Assembly: GCA_040756875.1 (NCBI GenBank)
Contig: JBFLYH010000001.1
Span: 96,001 to 160,000 of the forward strand
Origin: a candidate division FCPU426 bacterium
Lineage (GTDB): Bacteria > Oederibacteriota > JAAXVQ01 > JAUVAV01
Length of the DNA: 64,000 bases
Reading direction: 5' to 3'
This document shows, piece by piece, positions 1-10,458 of the stretch (position 1 is the first letter of the stretch; every line of letters starts with the position of its first letter). The notes beneath the pieces were generated by a model, which did no database searches, was not told where the DNA came from, and saw only the letters and a list, made by a program, of their open reading frames with translations. A program made the translations under genes and the position numbers.

Positions 1-5
1 CTGTC

Positions 6-350
6 ATGGCCAGCCATCCTGAGCAGCCGTTCAATTCACGGGCCTTTGCCGCCCTGACCCTGGCGCTGGCGGCCCTGGGCCTGCCGGTGACCGGCTATGT
101 CAATCATCTGCTGGCGTTCGATCCCATGTCCGGCGCGCGTCACGCCTGGATGGCGGCGCACAACGTCCTGGGCGTTCTCTTCGTGGTTTTCGGCTTGTGG
201 CACCTGGTTCTCAATTGGCGGCCCCTGCTCAAGCACGCACGGGGCATTTATGACCGGATCTTTGCCCTGAGCCGCGAAGCGGTATGGGCCGGCGTGGTGG
301 TGGGCCTGGCGTTGCTGGTGTTCGTGGGCCACGCTTTTCTGCTCAGATAA
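6..350 (+). CDS. DUF4405-like membrane protein
   Basis: Three hydrophobic helices with the pattern ..VTG..H..W..AH..LG..F....LWHL.LNW typical of DUF4405. Confidence 0.7.
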   Translation: MASHPEQPFNSRAFAALTLALAALGLPVTGYVNHLLAFDPMSGARHAWMAAHNVLGVLFVVFGLWHLVLNWRPLLKHARGIYDRIFALSREAVWAGVVVGLALLVFVGHAFLLR

Positions 351-374
351 AACGGTAACCAGGCGGGGGCGCGC

Positions 375-932
375 ATGGGCAGTGTAAAAGGCAGCATGTG
401 GAACGGCGTACTGGATTATATCGGCCAGGAATTCGGCCCGGAAGCCGCTGGCCGCGTGCTGAAGACCATGGACGTCAAGGATGCAGCACTGCTCTCCCAA
501 AAAATCCTGCCGATCAGCTGGGTGGATTACGGCGCCTATGTCCGGTTTCTGATCAAGGCGACCGAGGTGTTGAAAGGCGGAGACAGGGTTTTGCTCGAAG
601 AGTGCGGGGCCTACAATGCGCGCCGGTCGGTGAACGGCGTCTTTCAGGCGTTTCTGCGCATTCTCAATCCCTCCACCGTGCTCCACAAAACCGCGCAACT
701 CTGGCGCCATAGCATGAGTTCGGGCGTGATGACGGTCAGCGCCGAGTCCGACAACCGCGTGGAGCTCAAGGTTACGGATTTTCCGGACATGCCGGCCCAG
801 CATGATGTGGAACAGGGCGCTTTCATCGCCGAGGTGGCGCGGATGACCGGCATCGAAAGCGTCAAGTGCACGCATCCCCGCTGCCTGGGCCGCGGGGATG
901 ACCACTGTTTGTACGTCCTGACCTGGAAGTAA
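375..932 (+). CDS. DUF2378/TIGR02265-like (H-NOX/V4R-fold) protein, paralogue 1
   Basis: SVKG near the N-terminus, LPISW motif, C-terminal V4R-like HPRC..RGDDHC.Y..TW; similar to four other ORFs in the window. Confidence 0.6.
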   Translation: MGSVKGSMWNGVLDYIGQEFGPEAAGRVLKTMDVKDAALLSQKILPISWVDYGAYVRFLIKATEVLKGGDRVLLEECGAYNARRSVNGVFQAFLRILNPSTVLHKTAQLWRHSMSSGVMTVSAESDNRVELKVTDFPDMPAQHDVEQGAFIAEVARMTGIESVKCTHPRCLGRGDDHCLYVLTWK

Positions 933-988
933 CTCCGGCTCGGGTTTTCGGGCCGAATCTATTTAAAAAAAAAGATCTGGAGGGCTCC

Positions 989-1198
989 GTGTCGCAGCGG
1001 AACAGTCAAAATCCCGTTCGCAAAGAACTCAGTTTTAAGAAAGAAAGCAACCGCTTCCTCGGCCAGGCCGCCGGCCGGGCCGGTTCGGTGCCCGGAAGCA
1101 TGAACTGCCCGTCCTGCGGGGAGGTGGTGCCGCCCAAACCCGGGTTCAGAATGTCGTCCCTCAAGTGCCCGAAATGCGGTGCGGGCATGCACAAATAA
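989..1198 (+). CDS. small double-CxxC zinc-ribbon protein
   Basis: GGAGG RBS before the GTG; CPSCG and CPKCG motifs. Confidence 0.6.
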   Translation: MSQRNSQNPVRKELSFKKESNRFLGQAAGRAGSVPGSMNCPSCGEVVPPKPGFRMSSLKCPKCGAGMHK

Positions 1199-1345
1199 CC
1201 GCAAGGCGAAAACTCCCACTTTAAATGTGCCGGCCGCTTTTCTGCGGTCAAGACCAGGCAGATTAACCCGATAATTCATACTGACAGCCGGCGCAGGCGC
1301 AGAACACGGCCAGGTCACCCGGGTTGACACCAAGGAGGCGGGTCC

Positions 1346-1576
1346 ATGAACTGTTGGGAATTCAAAAAATGCGGCCGGGAAGCCGGCGGAGCCAAGGCGG
1401 CGGAATTGGGCGTTTGTCCGGCGTATCCGGACCACGGGCGGCAATGCGCGCGCATCGCCGGGACCCTGTGCGGCGGGATTGTTCAGGGGACTTTCGCCTC
1501 GAAACTGCACAATTGCATGAAGTGCGAGTTTTACAACAGCGCGCATTATCTGCTGGGTAAGACGGAACCAAAATAG
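1346..1576 (+). CDS. two-CW domain Cys-rich protein
   Basis: MNCWEFKKCGRE...CPA...C..IAGTLCGG.VQG.FA.K...C..CEFY signature; AAGGAGG RBS. Confidence 0.8.
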   Translation: MNCWEFKKCGREAGGAKAAELGVCPAYPDHGRQCARIAGTLCGGIVQGTFASKLHNCMKCEFYNSAHYLLGKTEPK

Positions 1577-1751
1577 GACGCCCGCCCCTCGGGAGGGTCG
1601 CCCCGCTTGGGCGGATTAAAACCGTGGCGCGAAAGGCCGGCGTATTGATGATGCGGGGTCGCCGGGTAAATCTTGAAAAAGCAAAGAAACCTGTCATAAT
1701 GCTCTTCCTGCTGGATATCTCAATGACAATCGCTCGGGAGGACTGGCGATA

Positions 1752-2576
1752 ATGAAGAAAATACTATGGATGACAATCATGGCCGTTCTTTATGCAGCCT
1801 GGGGAGCGCTTCCATTGCCTGCCGACGAAGGGAGCGAAGTCATTCAAGCTCATCCCATGAAGGTCTATTCCAACGCGGAACGTCGGCACGCCGGAGACCG
1901 GAACCAGTTGCTGACCAGGGATGCGATTGCCGTTGTCAGGCGGTTTTACGAAACCAATCCACAAGCCGGCGACCGGATCGAACCGTACCAAGCCGAGGGC
2001 GAGAAGGGTTTTCAGGTGGTTTTCCATCGCACCATCGAGGGAAAGGAACAGTCGGTGGCGGAATTGATGGTTACCGAGCGCGTGCCGGACGGGACCATCC
2101 TCCATCCTGCGCTGGGCGAGCTCAAAGGCTTGGTCATGAAAGGCCTGCATTCCGAGGACGAGTTCAAGGCGATGGAAAAACAATATAAAAGATTATCCGC
2201 TGCCTTCTACCGCCAGGTGGATGACGGCGAAGGCGGCCTGGTTGACGAGGGGGAGCGGATTTACCGCCAGGCCCGGGACCAGGCCCATGCAGGGGAGAAA
2301 TTCGAGGTGGATAAGACCGAATTGGCCGAAGGCAAGGCCAAAGCCAAGGAACTGAAAAAACAGATGAAAGCGCTGAAAGCCAAGGGCGATATTGCCGGCA
2401 TGATGAAGCTGGCCCAGCAGAGCCGGATGGCTCCGCCCAAGGTCGCGGGCGAGGCCATGCAGGCCGCGGCCAAGGACACCTGGGACATCTGGGTCGGCTG
2501 CCTGCGCGACCTCAAGGCCGCGGCGTACTGGACCAAGTTGCAGTACCCCGACGCGGTCCTGCCCGCCGGGGAATGA
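1752..2576 (+). CDS. secreted hypothetical protein
   Basis: N-terminal signal peptide (MKKILW...ALPLPA); GGAGG RBS. Confidence 0.7.
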   Translation: MKKILWMTIMAVLYAAWGALPLPADEGSEVIQAHPMKVYSNAERRHAGDRNQLLTRDAIAVVRRFYETNPQAGDRIEPYQAEGEKGFQVVFHRTIEGKEQSVAELMVTERVPDGTILHPALGELKGLVMKGLHSEDEFKAMEKQYKRLSAAFYRQVDDGEGGLVDEGERIYRQARDQAHAGEKFEVDKTELAEGKAKAKELKKQMKALKAKGDIAGMMKLAQQSRMAPPKVAGEAMQAAAKDTWDIWVGCLRDLKAAAYWTKLQYPDAVLPAGE

Positions 2577-2962
2577 CCGGAGGCGCGCCCGTGCTTTCGC
2601 TGATCAAACGCTATGGTTTGTACCTGCTGCGCTGGCAGCTGTCGACGCCGATCCTGGCCGCGTGCCTGATTTATTTCCGCCCGCTGGGCAGCTTGTGGGC
2701 GACCGTGCTGGCCAACCTGGCCGGCGGCCTGGTGTTTTTTTGGGTGGATCGCTTCATCTTCACGCACCACTGCCTGGGGAACCTGTGGGAAGTGGAAGAA
2801 CAGGTCCGCTGCGCCGACTGCGGCAGCGTGGAGCGGGGATACCGCCTGGTGTGCGCGGATTCAGGCAGATATGACAAGCGCCAGGACCCCAAACCCGAGT
2901 TCCGCTGCCAGCGGTGCTCGGAAAAAAAACGGCAGGCCCTGGCCGCTGCGGGTAAAATCTGA
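2573..2962 (+). CDS. membrane protein with C-terminal zinc finger (GtrA-like N-terminus)
   Basis: Two TM helices, then CADC and CQRC; ATGA overlap with the upstream gene. Confidence 0.65.
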   Translation: MTGGAPVLSLIKRYGLYLLRWQLSTPILAACLIYFRPLGSLWATVLANLAGGLVFFWVDRFIFTHHCLGNLWEVEEQVRCADCGSVERGYRLVCADSGRYDKRQDPKPEFRCQRCSEKKRQALAAAGKI

Positions 2963-3020
2963 CCGAACATCCGGGCCGGCGCGGCCAGAATCGCGGGGCA
3001 GGGGATGGCGCGGGTGACGC

Positions 3021-3569
3021 TTACCCCAAGTGAATGAGCCATTTCCAGGCTTGGGGGTTGGAGTCGTCGCGCGTGACGCGGGTGTTTTTCGCGCCGGTCA
3101 AGTCCACCAGGCCGGCGATATAACCGTTGAGCAATTCGCGAAAATGGAGTGGAAGCTCCGGATACTCCTCGACCACGAACGCGATTTCCTTGTCTGCGAG
3201 CCGTTTCACCGAAGGCCGGCCCTGGTCGTGATAGGTTTTCCAGATCACGGCCGTCTGCTTGATGATCATCTCCACGGTGAAGATCTTGAGCAAAACGTGG
3301 TAAATGCCCTTCATATTGTCCCCGGCCCCGTCATAGCCGATTTGCCACAGGCCCTCGCGCAGCGGTTTGCCGGGGTACAGCCAGGGCACGAGCAGTTCGA
3401 AAAAACGGGTCGATTGTTCGATGGGCAGCTTGCTGGAAGGCAGCAGCTTGAAGAACAGCTTATCCTCTTCCGGAGTCAGCGATTTGCGGAAGTTTTCCAG
3501 CGCGGACGAACCCAGGGCGCTGAGCCGTTCCCGGGCAAAGATGAGCACCGTGGCTTTGGTTTGACCCAT
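3021..3569 (-). CDS. DUF2378/TIGR02265-like protein, paralogue 2
   Basis: Clear similarity to 20241..20786 (GIYHVLLKIFTVEMIIKQ..IW..YHD.G, YPEL, LTGA); GAGG RBS. Confidence 0.65.
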   Translation of the reverse strand: MGQTKATVLIFARERLSALGSSALENFRKSLTPEEDKLFFKLLPSSKLPIEQSTRFFELLVPWLYPGKPLREGLWQIGYDGAGDNMKGIYHVLLKIFTVEMIIKQTAVIWKTYHDQGRPSVKRLADKEIAFVVEEYPELPLHFRELLNGYIAGLVDLTGAKNTRVTRDDSNPQAWKWLIHLG

Positions 3570-3640
3570 GTCGCACCTCTCGTTGGTTCAGGCTCCTGGC
3601 GGCGTTTGTCGGGGGGTCCTGCGGCTGCGCCAGGGCCTGG

Positions 3641-4471
3641 TTACTGCTTTCGTTCCTCCGCGATCAGCGCGGCGATGGCCTTGAGGCCGGACATGCCGGG
3701 CAGGGAAAGATAGCCCGCATATTTTTTCTCCAGGGCCGCCCACCTTCCGGGGTCTCCCGCCGCCTCGGTTATGTCGGCGAAAAAAGCCCTTTGGCTTTCC
3801 AGGGCGCTGCGGCCGGAGACGTCTCCATGGCCTGGAACCACCATGACCGCCGGGTAAGCCGCAAGCATCCCGTCCAGGGCCTGCATCCATTTGCCGATGT
3901 GCGTTCCACCCTGTTTCATGGCCACCGGAATCCAGCGGTTGAACACCAGATCACCCGTAGCCAGGAGCTTGCGGTTCTCCAGATAAACCACCAGGTTGTC
4001 CCAGGCGTGCGCCTGGCCCAGGTTGCGGATTTTCACGGTTTCGTCGCCGATGGCGAGCGCCGTCTCCTCGCCTGCGGCCAAACGGGTCGTTTGTTCCCCG
4101 GCGACCCCGGAATCTGCGCCCGGGCCGGTGATCAACCGGGCCCCCGGATACAGCGGGTTGCCGCTGATGTGATCCGCATGCTCGTGGGTGTTCACGATCA
4201 CCACCCGGGCCCCGGGCGCCCAGGAATCCACGTAGGCTTTGAGCCGTTTGGCTCCGGAACCGACCTTGGTGTCCACGATCAGGACGTCGCGGTTGTCCGG
4301 GGATTTGAGCAGGACCGTGTTTCCGCCTCCGCCGAGCATGATGACCAGGTTCGGATCAGGCTGAACGAGGGAAATGCTCAGGAATTTGGACATGACCGGG
4401 CCCAGATACAAACCCGCTGCCGCGCCGATCAGGATCAAAACGCCTGCGGTCCATAAAAGGATTTTTTTCAT
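3641..4471 (-). CDS. MBL-fold metallo-hydrolase with N-terminal membrane anchor/signal
   Basis: THEHADH (HxHxDH), TGDLVF and VPGHG motifs. Confidence 0.85.
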   Translation of the reverse strand: MKKILLWTAGVLILIGAAAGLYLGPVMSKFLSISLVQPDPNLVIMLGGGGNTVLLKSPDNRDVLIVDTKVGSGAKRLKAYVDSWAPGARVVIVNTHEHADHISGNPLYPGARLITGPGADSGVAGEQTTRLAAGEETALAIGDETVKIRNLGQAHAWDNLVVYLENRKLLATGDLVFNRWIPVAMKQGGTHIGKWMQALDGMLAAYPAVMVVPGHGDVSGRSALESQRAFFADITEAAGDPGRWAALEKKYAGYLSLPGMSGLKAIAALIAEERKQ

Positions 4472-5055
4472 TTCAGCCTCCTGGCGGGAATGGAAGGAGC
4501 GGGGTTCGGGGTTTGCTCCATGAGCGAAAGGATTTCGCCGGCAGCGCGCCGGACGTCAGGATCAGGGTCGGTTGCGGCGTTCCTGACCTCGGCTGCGACC
4601 GGGGCTGGCAGGAGCAAGACCCCGGGGCTGGCCCGGCGGATCCGGGCCTTCAGGAACGGCAGCAGCGTTGAAATCAGTTCGGTTTTGGCGCGGCCTTGGG
4701 ATGCGCCCAGGGCCGCGGCAAAATCCGGCGCCAGGCGCTCCAGCACGGCTGGCGCCTTGCCTTTGAGCCAGACAGCCGCCTGCAGGCGCTCGGCCGGGTC
4801 TCCGCTGCGCAGTTGCGCGGCCACGGCCAGTTCCTTTTTCCGGTAGCTGTTCGCCATCCTCGGCACGATGGTCGCGCCGACTAGGAAGGCCACGGCCACG
4901 AAAATCCAGAAAAACGACAGATCAGGCTTGCTCCGCAGGCTCTCGGTCCGGCGCTCGAAGTCGAAACGCAGGCCGCAGTGGGGGCATTTGTCCCCGATCC
5001 GCGTGGACAGGGGAACGACCCGCCCGCAATTTCCGCAGCGTTTGAAACTTGCCAT
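4468..5055 (-). CDS. zinc-ribbon + TM + HEAT-repeat protein
   Basis: CGNC and CPHC, one TM helix, DPDPDVRRAA HEAT motif; start moved to MASFKRC. Confidence 0.65.
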   Translation of the reverse strand: MASFKRCGNCGRVVPLSTRIGDKCPHCGLRFDFERRTESLRSKPDLSFFWIFVAVAFLVGATIVPRMANSYRKKELAVAAQLRSGDPAERLQAAVWLKGKAPAVLERLAPDFAAALGASQGRAKTELISTLLPFLKARIRRASPGVLLLPAPVAAEVRNAATDPDPDVRRAAGEILSLMEQTPNPAPSIPARRLK

Positions 5056-5263
5056 CGCGCACCCGCCTGTCCGCAAACCGGGTAGATGATAGGGGTATTG
5101 TAATATGCTGCGGGAAATCAGGCCACAAAAACGATCGTCCGCTTTCGGGAAGTGGCGACGGACGCCGGCGGTTTTCGTGTAATAAACAGGTGTCAATCGG
5201 ATCAAATCATTATAAAATCCGTTTCGCGATGAATGGGAATCATGCTGCATCCGAAGGAGAGCC

Positions 5264-5854
5264 ATGTCCCTGATATCCCCCGAACTGATCGAAATGTTCA
5301 ACCAGGCGGCGAAGCTGGCGCGCGAGGAGCATTATGAGGAATCGCTGGCCCTGTGGGAGCAGATCCTGGACCCCAAAAAGCGGCCGGGCCATCAGGCCTC
5401 GGACGAGCGCATGGTGGTGACCGGCGATTTCCTCGGCCAGTCCATGCTGAGGAAAGCCTGGGTCCTGATGGACCTGGAACGGTACCCTGAGGCCAGGGAG
5501 GTCTTCGCGAGCGACCTCATGGAAGCCTGCCTGGGGCAGTTCGAACTGGACATACTCTACGAATATTTTTTCAGCTTTGGCAACACCCTGGGCTCGCTGG
5601 GGGACATCGAGGGCATGGACGACAAGCTTTCGCGGGCCATGAGCATTGCCGCGGAGGAGCTCGGTGACTATCAGAAGCTCCGCCAGTGCTGGCTCAACCT
5701 GCTCGACCATGCGGCCAGGAACCGGGACTGGAAATACATTCTCCGGGAAAGCGATGTCTGCCTCAAACTCGCCCAAAACTACAAAGACGAGGAATTGGCC
5801 GAGACCGCCGAAAACGCGCGCGAACAGGCCCGGAACGGCCTGAAAGGCCGGTGA
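5264..5854 (+). CDS. TPR-like helical hypothetical protein
   Basis: AGGAG RBS; acidic all-helical sequence with TPR-like periodicity. Confidence 0.65.
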   Translation: MSLISPELIEMFNQAAKLAREEHYEESLALWEQILDPKKRPGHQASDERMVVTGDFLGQSMLRKAWVLMDLERYPEAREVFASDLMEACLGQFELDILYEYFFSFGNTLGSLGDIEGMDDKLSRAMSIAAEELGDYQKLRQCWLNLLDHAARNRDWKYILRESDVCLKLAQNYKDEELAETAENAREQARNGLKGR

Positions 5855-5889
5855 GCGGGCGGCACTTTTTGCATTCGGGGAGGTGGAGG

Positions 5890-6336
5890 ATGGAACGCGA
5901 ACTGCTTCTGCGGCAAATGGCTCCCTGCGGCCTGGATTGCGGCCGCTGCGTGCGTTACCAGGAGGGGACGGTCGCCCGGGCGGCCCGGAAACTGGCGGAA
6001 AGCCTGGAAGGGTTCGGCCAGGCGGCGCCCCGTTTCGCGAAGGGGATGCCGGCGTTGGAGCGTTACCCGGAGTTCGAAGCGGTGTTGGGCCTGTTGGCCG
6101 GCGCGGATTGCCCCGGGTGCCGGCAGGCGCCGGAGAAATGCTTTCCGGTTTGCGCGGCCAAGGACTGCCACAGCGACCAGGGCGTCGATTTTTGCGCGGA
6201 GTGCGATGAATTCCCCTGCCAGCGCAACCAGTATCCGGAAATGTTCAAGCAGCGCTGGCAGGAGATCAATAACCGGATCAAGGAGATCGGCGCCGAGGCT
6301 TATTACCACGAGCAACTGCGGAAACCGCGGTATTGA
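5890..6336 (+). CDS. DUF3795 domain Cys-rich protein
   Basis: APCGLDCGRC, CPGCR and CAECDEFPC motifs; GGAGG RBS. Confidence 0.8.
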   Translation: MERELLLRQMAPCGLDCGRCVRYQEGTVARAARKLAESLEGFGQAAPRFAKGMPALERYPEFEAVLGLLAGADCPGCRQAPEKCFPVCAAKDCHSDQGVDFCAECDEFPCQRNQYPEMFKQRWQEINNRIKEIGAEAYYHEQLRKPRY

Positions 6337-6406
6337 AGGTCAGAAGCAGCGGCCGCCTTTCATGGCTGGGCGCATTTTTTATTATCTTTTTGAAAGGGAG
6401 AATTCC

Positions 6407-7537
6407 TTGAAACCATTTATTTGGGCGGGACTATTGGCGGCGTGGCTGATGCAGCCGCATTCCGCGGCCGCGCTGACCCCGGCTTTTCATATTGCCGTCA
6501 ACGGCGAGGAATCCAACACCGTGACCGTGGAAGCCGCGCCCAACACCTTCGCGGTTTATGTTACGGTCAGGGACGAGGACACGGGGTTCCTTTTAAACGC
6601 CAATGTGGCGTTTGTTTTGGAAGCATTTCAAGCCGACCTCTCCGGCCCGGGCCTGGGAACCTTGCAGATTAATTTCGGGGCGACCATCAACGGCGAATGC
6701 CTGATTTACAACCAGTATACCCAGGCGGAGAATATCCGCATCCGGGTCAGAGATGCTTCGGGTCTGGGGACGCCCCTGCCGGCTTATTCCGCGGAACTCC
6801 AGGTGTTTCCTTCGGCACCGGCGAACAGTCTGATGTGGGCTGATCCTCCGGCGCAAAACATGGGCGGTTTTATCTATGCCGTTCCTTCCAATGTCACGGC
6901 CCTGGTCAAGGTCATGATTCTGGATGCCAACAACAATCCCATTGCCGGCCTGCCCGTGGATTTCGCCATTCTGGCCGCTCCGGTGGGCAGCACCCTGGCA
7001 GCCGCGGGGTCGAACACCACGGACGCCACGGGCCTGGCCGCGGCCTGGCTGCAAACCGGCCTCCTGTCCGAAAGCTTTGACCTGCAAGCTGCAGCCGGTT
7101 CTTTGACGCCTGCATTGCACATCGGCGTATTTGTGCCCACGGCCACGCCCACGATCACGCCGACTGCCACAATGACCCCCACGAGCACCGCAACGCCTGC
7201 GGCGACTTCGGTCCTGGCGCTGACAGCCACTGCCACGCCTACTCCCACCTCCACCCCAACGCCAGCCAATCCGGCCCAGGGCATCGGCGCCTATCCCAAC
7301 CCGGCTGCGGGCATAGTGCATTTCACCTGGACCGGGCAGGCTGACCGCGTCCGCATCCTGGTTTACAACCCGGCCGGCGAGCGCGTGGCCGAGGTCAGGT
7401 CCGAACCCGGCGCCAACTCCGCGCGCTGGGACGTCGGCGGCATGGCCAGCGGCGTTTATCTGTACCAAATCATCTTTGACCGCAACGGGAGCACCACCCG
7501 GACTTCCACCCGGAAAATCGCCATTGTGAGGCATTGA
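6407..7537 (+). CDS. secreted Ig-like protein with Thr/Pro linker and T9SS-type-A/FlgD-like C-terminal domain
   Basis: TTG start after GGAG; signal peptide; TPT repeats; AYPNP...W...ASGVYLY...KIAIVR tail. Confidence 0.7.
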   Translation: MKPFIWAGLLAAWLMQPHSAAALTPAFHIAVNGEESNTVTVEAAPNTFAVYVTVRDEDTGFLLNANVAFVLEAFQADLSGPGLGTLQINFGATINGECLIYNQYTQAENIRIRVRDASGLGTPLPAYSAELQVFPSAPANSLMWADPPAQNMGGFIYAVPSNVTALVKVMILDANNNPIAGLPVDFAILAAPVGSTLAAAGSNTTDATGLAAAWLQTGLLSESFDLQAAAGSLTPALHIGVFVPTATPTITPTATMTPTSTATPAATSVLALTATATPTPTSTPTPANPAQGIGAYPNPAAGIVHFTWTGQADRVRILVYNPAGERVAEVRSEPGANSARWDVGGMASGVYLYQIIFDRNGSTTRTSTRKIAIVRH

Positions 7538-7571
7538 TCAGGGGCTGCGACGGCAAGGTCGCTGTCTGTAT

Positions 7572-7608
7572 AAAAAAATCCCCGGGCTTCCAGGCCCGGG
7601 GATTTTTT
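7572..7608. terminator. bidirectional intrinsic terminator
   Basis: AAAAAAATCCCCGGGC-TTCCAG-GCCCGGGGATTTTTT between convergent genes. Confidence 0.85.
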
Positions 7609-7675
7609 GTTTTAAAAAGAGGGTTCAAACCGGGGGGGATGTTCGCGGAATACGAGCCGTAATCATTTCAGCAAA

Positions 7676-9754
7676 TCATTTGACCGCCAGCTTGCCTGAT
7701 TGGGTCTTTTGGCCGTTGACGTAAATAACATAAAAATAGAGGCCGCTGCTCAAACCCTGTGTTTTCCAGACCAGGTCAGGCTGGCCGGGGCTGAGATCCC
7801 CGCTCAGCCGGCTGACAAACTTTCCCGCGACATTGAAGAATTTTACTTCGGCCTTCACGGGCCCGGAGGCCGCAAACCTGAATGTGACTTGGTCCCCGGC
7901 CGGCTGGGGGAAGGCTTTTTGCAAAGTGACGGTCGCGGGCAGGACGCTCTGGGGAACGCCGTAGGTATAGGTCAGGGTCGAGGATTTGATGGGGCGGGTG
8001 TCGGCGAACCGGGCGTAGGCCCTGGCGGTCAGCACGTAAGGTTTTACGGTGGTGCCTGAATTCCAGGTGCAGGCAAAAGGATAGGCCGTCACTTTGGCCA
8101 GCAACAACCCGTCGACGTAGAACTCCACCCAGCGGACATTGTCAGGATTGCCGATGCCGGCTTCCAGCCGGATCACGCCCGGCGACGTGATGGCAGGGTA
8201 AAGCAGATTGACGGCATAGGAATAATCGGATTTGTATTCAAAAGCGCCGATGGCCGGGGTGGCGGCCTGGTAGCCCAGGACCACGGGGTCGCCTGTGTTC
8301 CAGGAAATGGCCGCTTGCACGGTAATGGAATTGGCGGCGAAATCAATGCTGGCAATGGCCACCGGGCTGCCGGCGCCGACTTTAATCACGTCGCCTTCGA
8401 TCAGGCCCTGCCCGTCGGTGAAGAACCCCGCGTCCGCCACGGAAATAACCGTGCCGCTGCCTGAGGCTGAGTTGACCGTGGTCATGGCCTGGCCGGCGTT
8501 GAGGCAGTTGGACGAAGAACTCAAATGCAGGTCGTCCTGGCCGTAATCGGCGAAACGGATGCCGCTGGTCACCGCGCAACTGGGATCGCTGCCGGTTTCT
8601 TCGCAGGCATTATGGCTGGCCGCGGCCTGGTTGCCAGCCACGATGCCGATGATGTTGCTGGTGTCCGTCCGGGTCACCCGGTAGAAGATGTTGTTGAAGA
8701 CGTGGTTGTTGAGGCTGTAGTCCGTGCCGGACGGCCAGGGCTCCTGGGTGAAGCCCACGGTGCTCCATTGTTTGGGCGAACTGGCCAGGGAGAAGTCGGC
8801 AAAGGTGTTGTTGTACAGCCGGACGTAATCAATGGCCCCGAACTGCGCCACGTAACTGCCGTGCCGCAGGCCGACATTGCCCCGGATGATGAAGTCCTTT
8901 TCGCCCAGCAGGCTCTCGTCGCGTATTTGGTTGAAGTGGGAGTTGGCCTCGAGGTTGTCCGCCAGCCAGTTGTATTCGAAGATGTTCCGGTCGTTGTAGG
9001 AGCCGGCGTAGGGGTAGGGCTGCCAGCCGTCCACGTGGGCCGAGTCGCCCGAGCCGTCGGGAAAATCCGAGTTCCGGAAATCGTGCAGGTAATTGTTGCG
9101 GATGATGTTGCCGCCGCCCGTGGTGTCCACGAAGTCCAGGGTGTGGGAGATGTCGTTGTATTCGATGAGGTTGAACGTGCCGAGCAGGTTGACGCCGTTG
9201 GCGCCGACCGCCTGGCCGGCCACCCCGGTCGGGCAGCCGGTCCACATGATGGTGTTCCCGCGAATGACGTTGTAATCCGAATTTCCGTAGTAATTGCTGT
9301 TCCGTATGCCTTGCCCGTAAATGTGGTGGATATAATTATGGAGGATTTCGCAGTGGGTCGTGCCGTTGATCTGCACGGCGTGGGTGAAGCCGATGCCGTT
9401 GTGGGTGATTTCAAAGCCCATGACCCGGATGTAATCCCTGTTCGTCAGCAGGACCTGCCGGATGACGACCTGCACGTTGGGCTGGGCGGCATAGGTGATG
9501 AAATTCCCGGCGGTTCCATTGGCCGAAGGCTGTATGGCTTCTTCGTAGACGCCTGGGCCCACCATCACGGTGTCGCCGGGGAGCAGGGCGCTGTTGGCCT
9601 TGGCCAGGCTTTGCCAGGCGGTTTCAGACGACGTGCCGGGGTTGGAATCCTGGCCGGTCTGGGAATTGACGTAATAGACCGCAGCCTGGCTAAAGGCCGG
9701 GAGGAGAAAGACCAGGCCGCAGAGCAGGGTGAAAGACAAGCCGCGTGTTTTCAT
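7676..9754 (-). CDS. secreted right-handed parallel beta-helix protein (DUF1565/polysaccharide-lyase-like) with Ig domain and T9SS-like CTD
   Basis: Signal peptide; YYV...G.DSNPGTS...W..L..A...PGDTV....G.Y start; Asn-rich beta-helix repeats; IGAFEY; V.FYVDG Ig motif; AFPQP...SSGLYFY tail. Confidence 0.8.
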   Translation of the reverse strand: MKTRGLSFTLLCGLVFLLPAFSQAAVYYVNSQTGQDSNPGTSSETAWQSLAKANSALLPGDTVMVGPGVYEEAIQPSANGTAGNFITYAAQPNVQVVIRQVLLTNRDYIRVMGFEITHNGIGFTHAVQINGTTHCEILHNYIHHIYGQGIRNSNYYGNSDYNVIRGNTIMWTGCPTGVAGQAVGANGVNLLGTFNLIEYNDISHTLDFVDTTGGGNIIRNNYLHDFRNSDFPDGSGDSAHVDGWQPYPYAGSYNDRNIFEYNWLADNLEANSHFNQIRDESLLGEKDFIIRGNVGLRHGSYVAQFGAIDYVRLYNNTFADFSLASSPKQWSTVGFTQEPWPSGTDYSLNNHVFNNIFYRVTRTDTSNIIGIVAGNQAAASHNACEETGSDPSCAVTSGIRFADYGQDDLHLSSSSNCLNAGQAMTTVNSASGSGTVISVADAGFFTDGQGLIEGDVIKVGAGSPVAIASIDFAANSITVQAAISWNTGDPVVLGYQAATPAIGAFEYKSDYSYAVNLLYPAITSPGVIRLEAGIGNPDNVRWVEFYVDGLLLAKVTAYPFACTWNSGTTVKPYVLTARAYARFADTRPIKSSTLTYTYGVPQSVLPATVTLQKAFPQPAGDQVTFRFAASGPVKAEVKFFNVAGKFVSRLSGDLSPGQPDLVWKTQGLSSGLYFYVIYVNGQKTQSGKLAVK

Positions 9755-9774
9755 GCCGCCCTCGCGCTGTTTGG

Positions 9775-10278
9775 TCATAGCTTGGCGATGATCTCCTGCA
9801 GGCGCACGACAAATTCCCGGTATCCTTCCTTGACCCGCTCCAGCATCCGGATGACCGTTTGGCGCTCGGATTCCTGTTTCAGGAAATCGTCGTCTTTCGC
9901 GTACAACTGCTGGACGCCGGCCATGATAATTTGCGCCGTGCGGATTTCGTGGAAGATCCTCACCAGCTGGTCGAGGAGTTCGCGCTTCAAAAAAGCATAG
10001 CTGGTCATGTTCCGGTAGAAGGTAATGTCAGGCTCGATCTCGGTTTTAAAAAACAAATCACTTTTGCGGCCTTCCTTGAGGCCCTGGACGCATTCCTCGA
10101 TTTCGCCGATTTTATCCTGCCGGTATTTCAGCATTTCGCCCAATTCGGCCTTTAACGCCACACGCAGGGCTAGGTTTTTTTTGGATTTTTCGATCAACTG
10201 GGGGAAGAAGGAAAAGCAAAACCCCAACACCGCGCCAAAAGCGATTTGCACGAAGGAGATGTCATACCAGGGTTTCAT
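9775..10278 (-). CDS. hypothetical protein with N-terminal TM helix
   Basis: Open frame with AAGGA RBS; N-terminal hydrophobic segment followed by a helical domain. Confidence 0.6.
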   Translation of the reverse strand: MKPWYDISFVQIAFGAVLGFCFSFFPQLIEKSKKNLALRVALKAELGEMLKYRQDKIGEIEECVQGLKEGRKSDLFFKTEIEPDITFYRNMTSYAFLKRELLDQLVRIFHEIRTAQIIMAGVQQLYAKDDDFLKQESERQTVIRMLERVKEGYREFVVRLQEIIAKL

Positions 10279-10458
10279 GGCGGTCTGTCCTTTTGCGGAC
10301 GCGCTATTAATTCAAAAGCAATGGATTAATGATAGATAACTTTACGCCGGGTGACAAGGGCTTTCCAGGATGGAAGGCAAGCCGGGCATCATCTGACAGT
10401 TCTTTTATACCCGCTCGTCATCATCGTGCATCCTGGGATGCGGACAGTACTTGAAGCC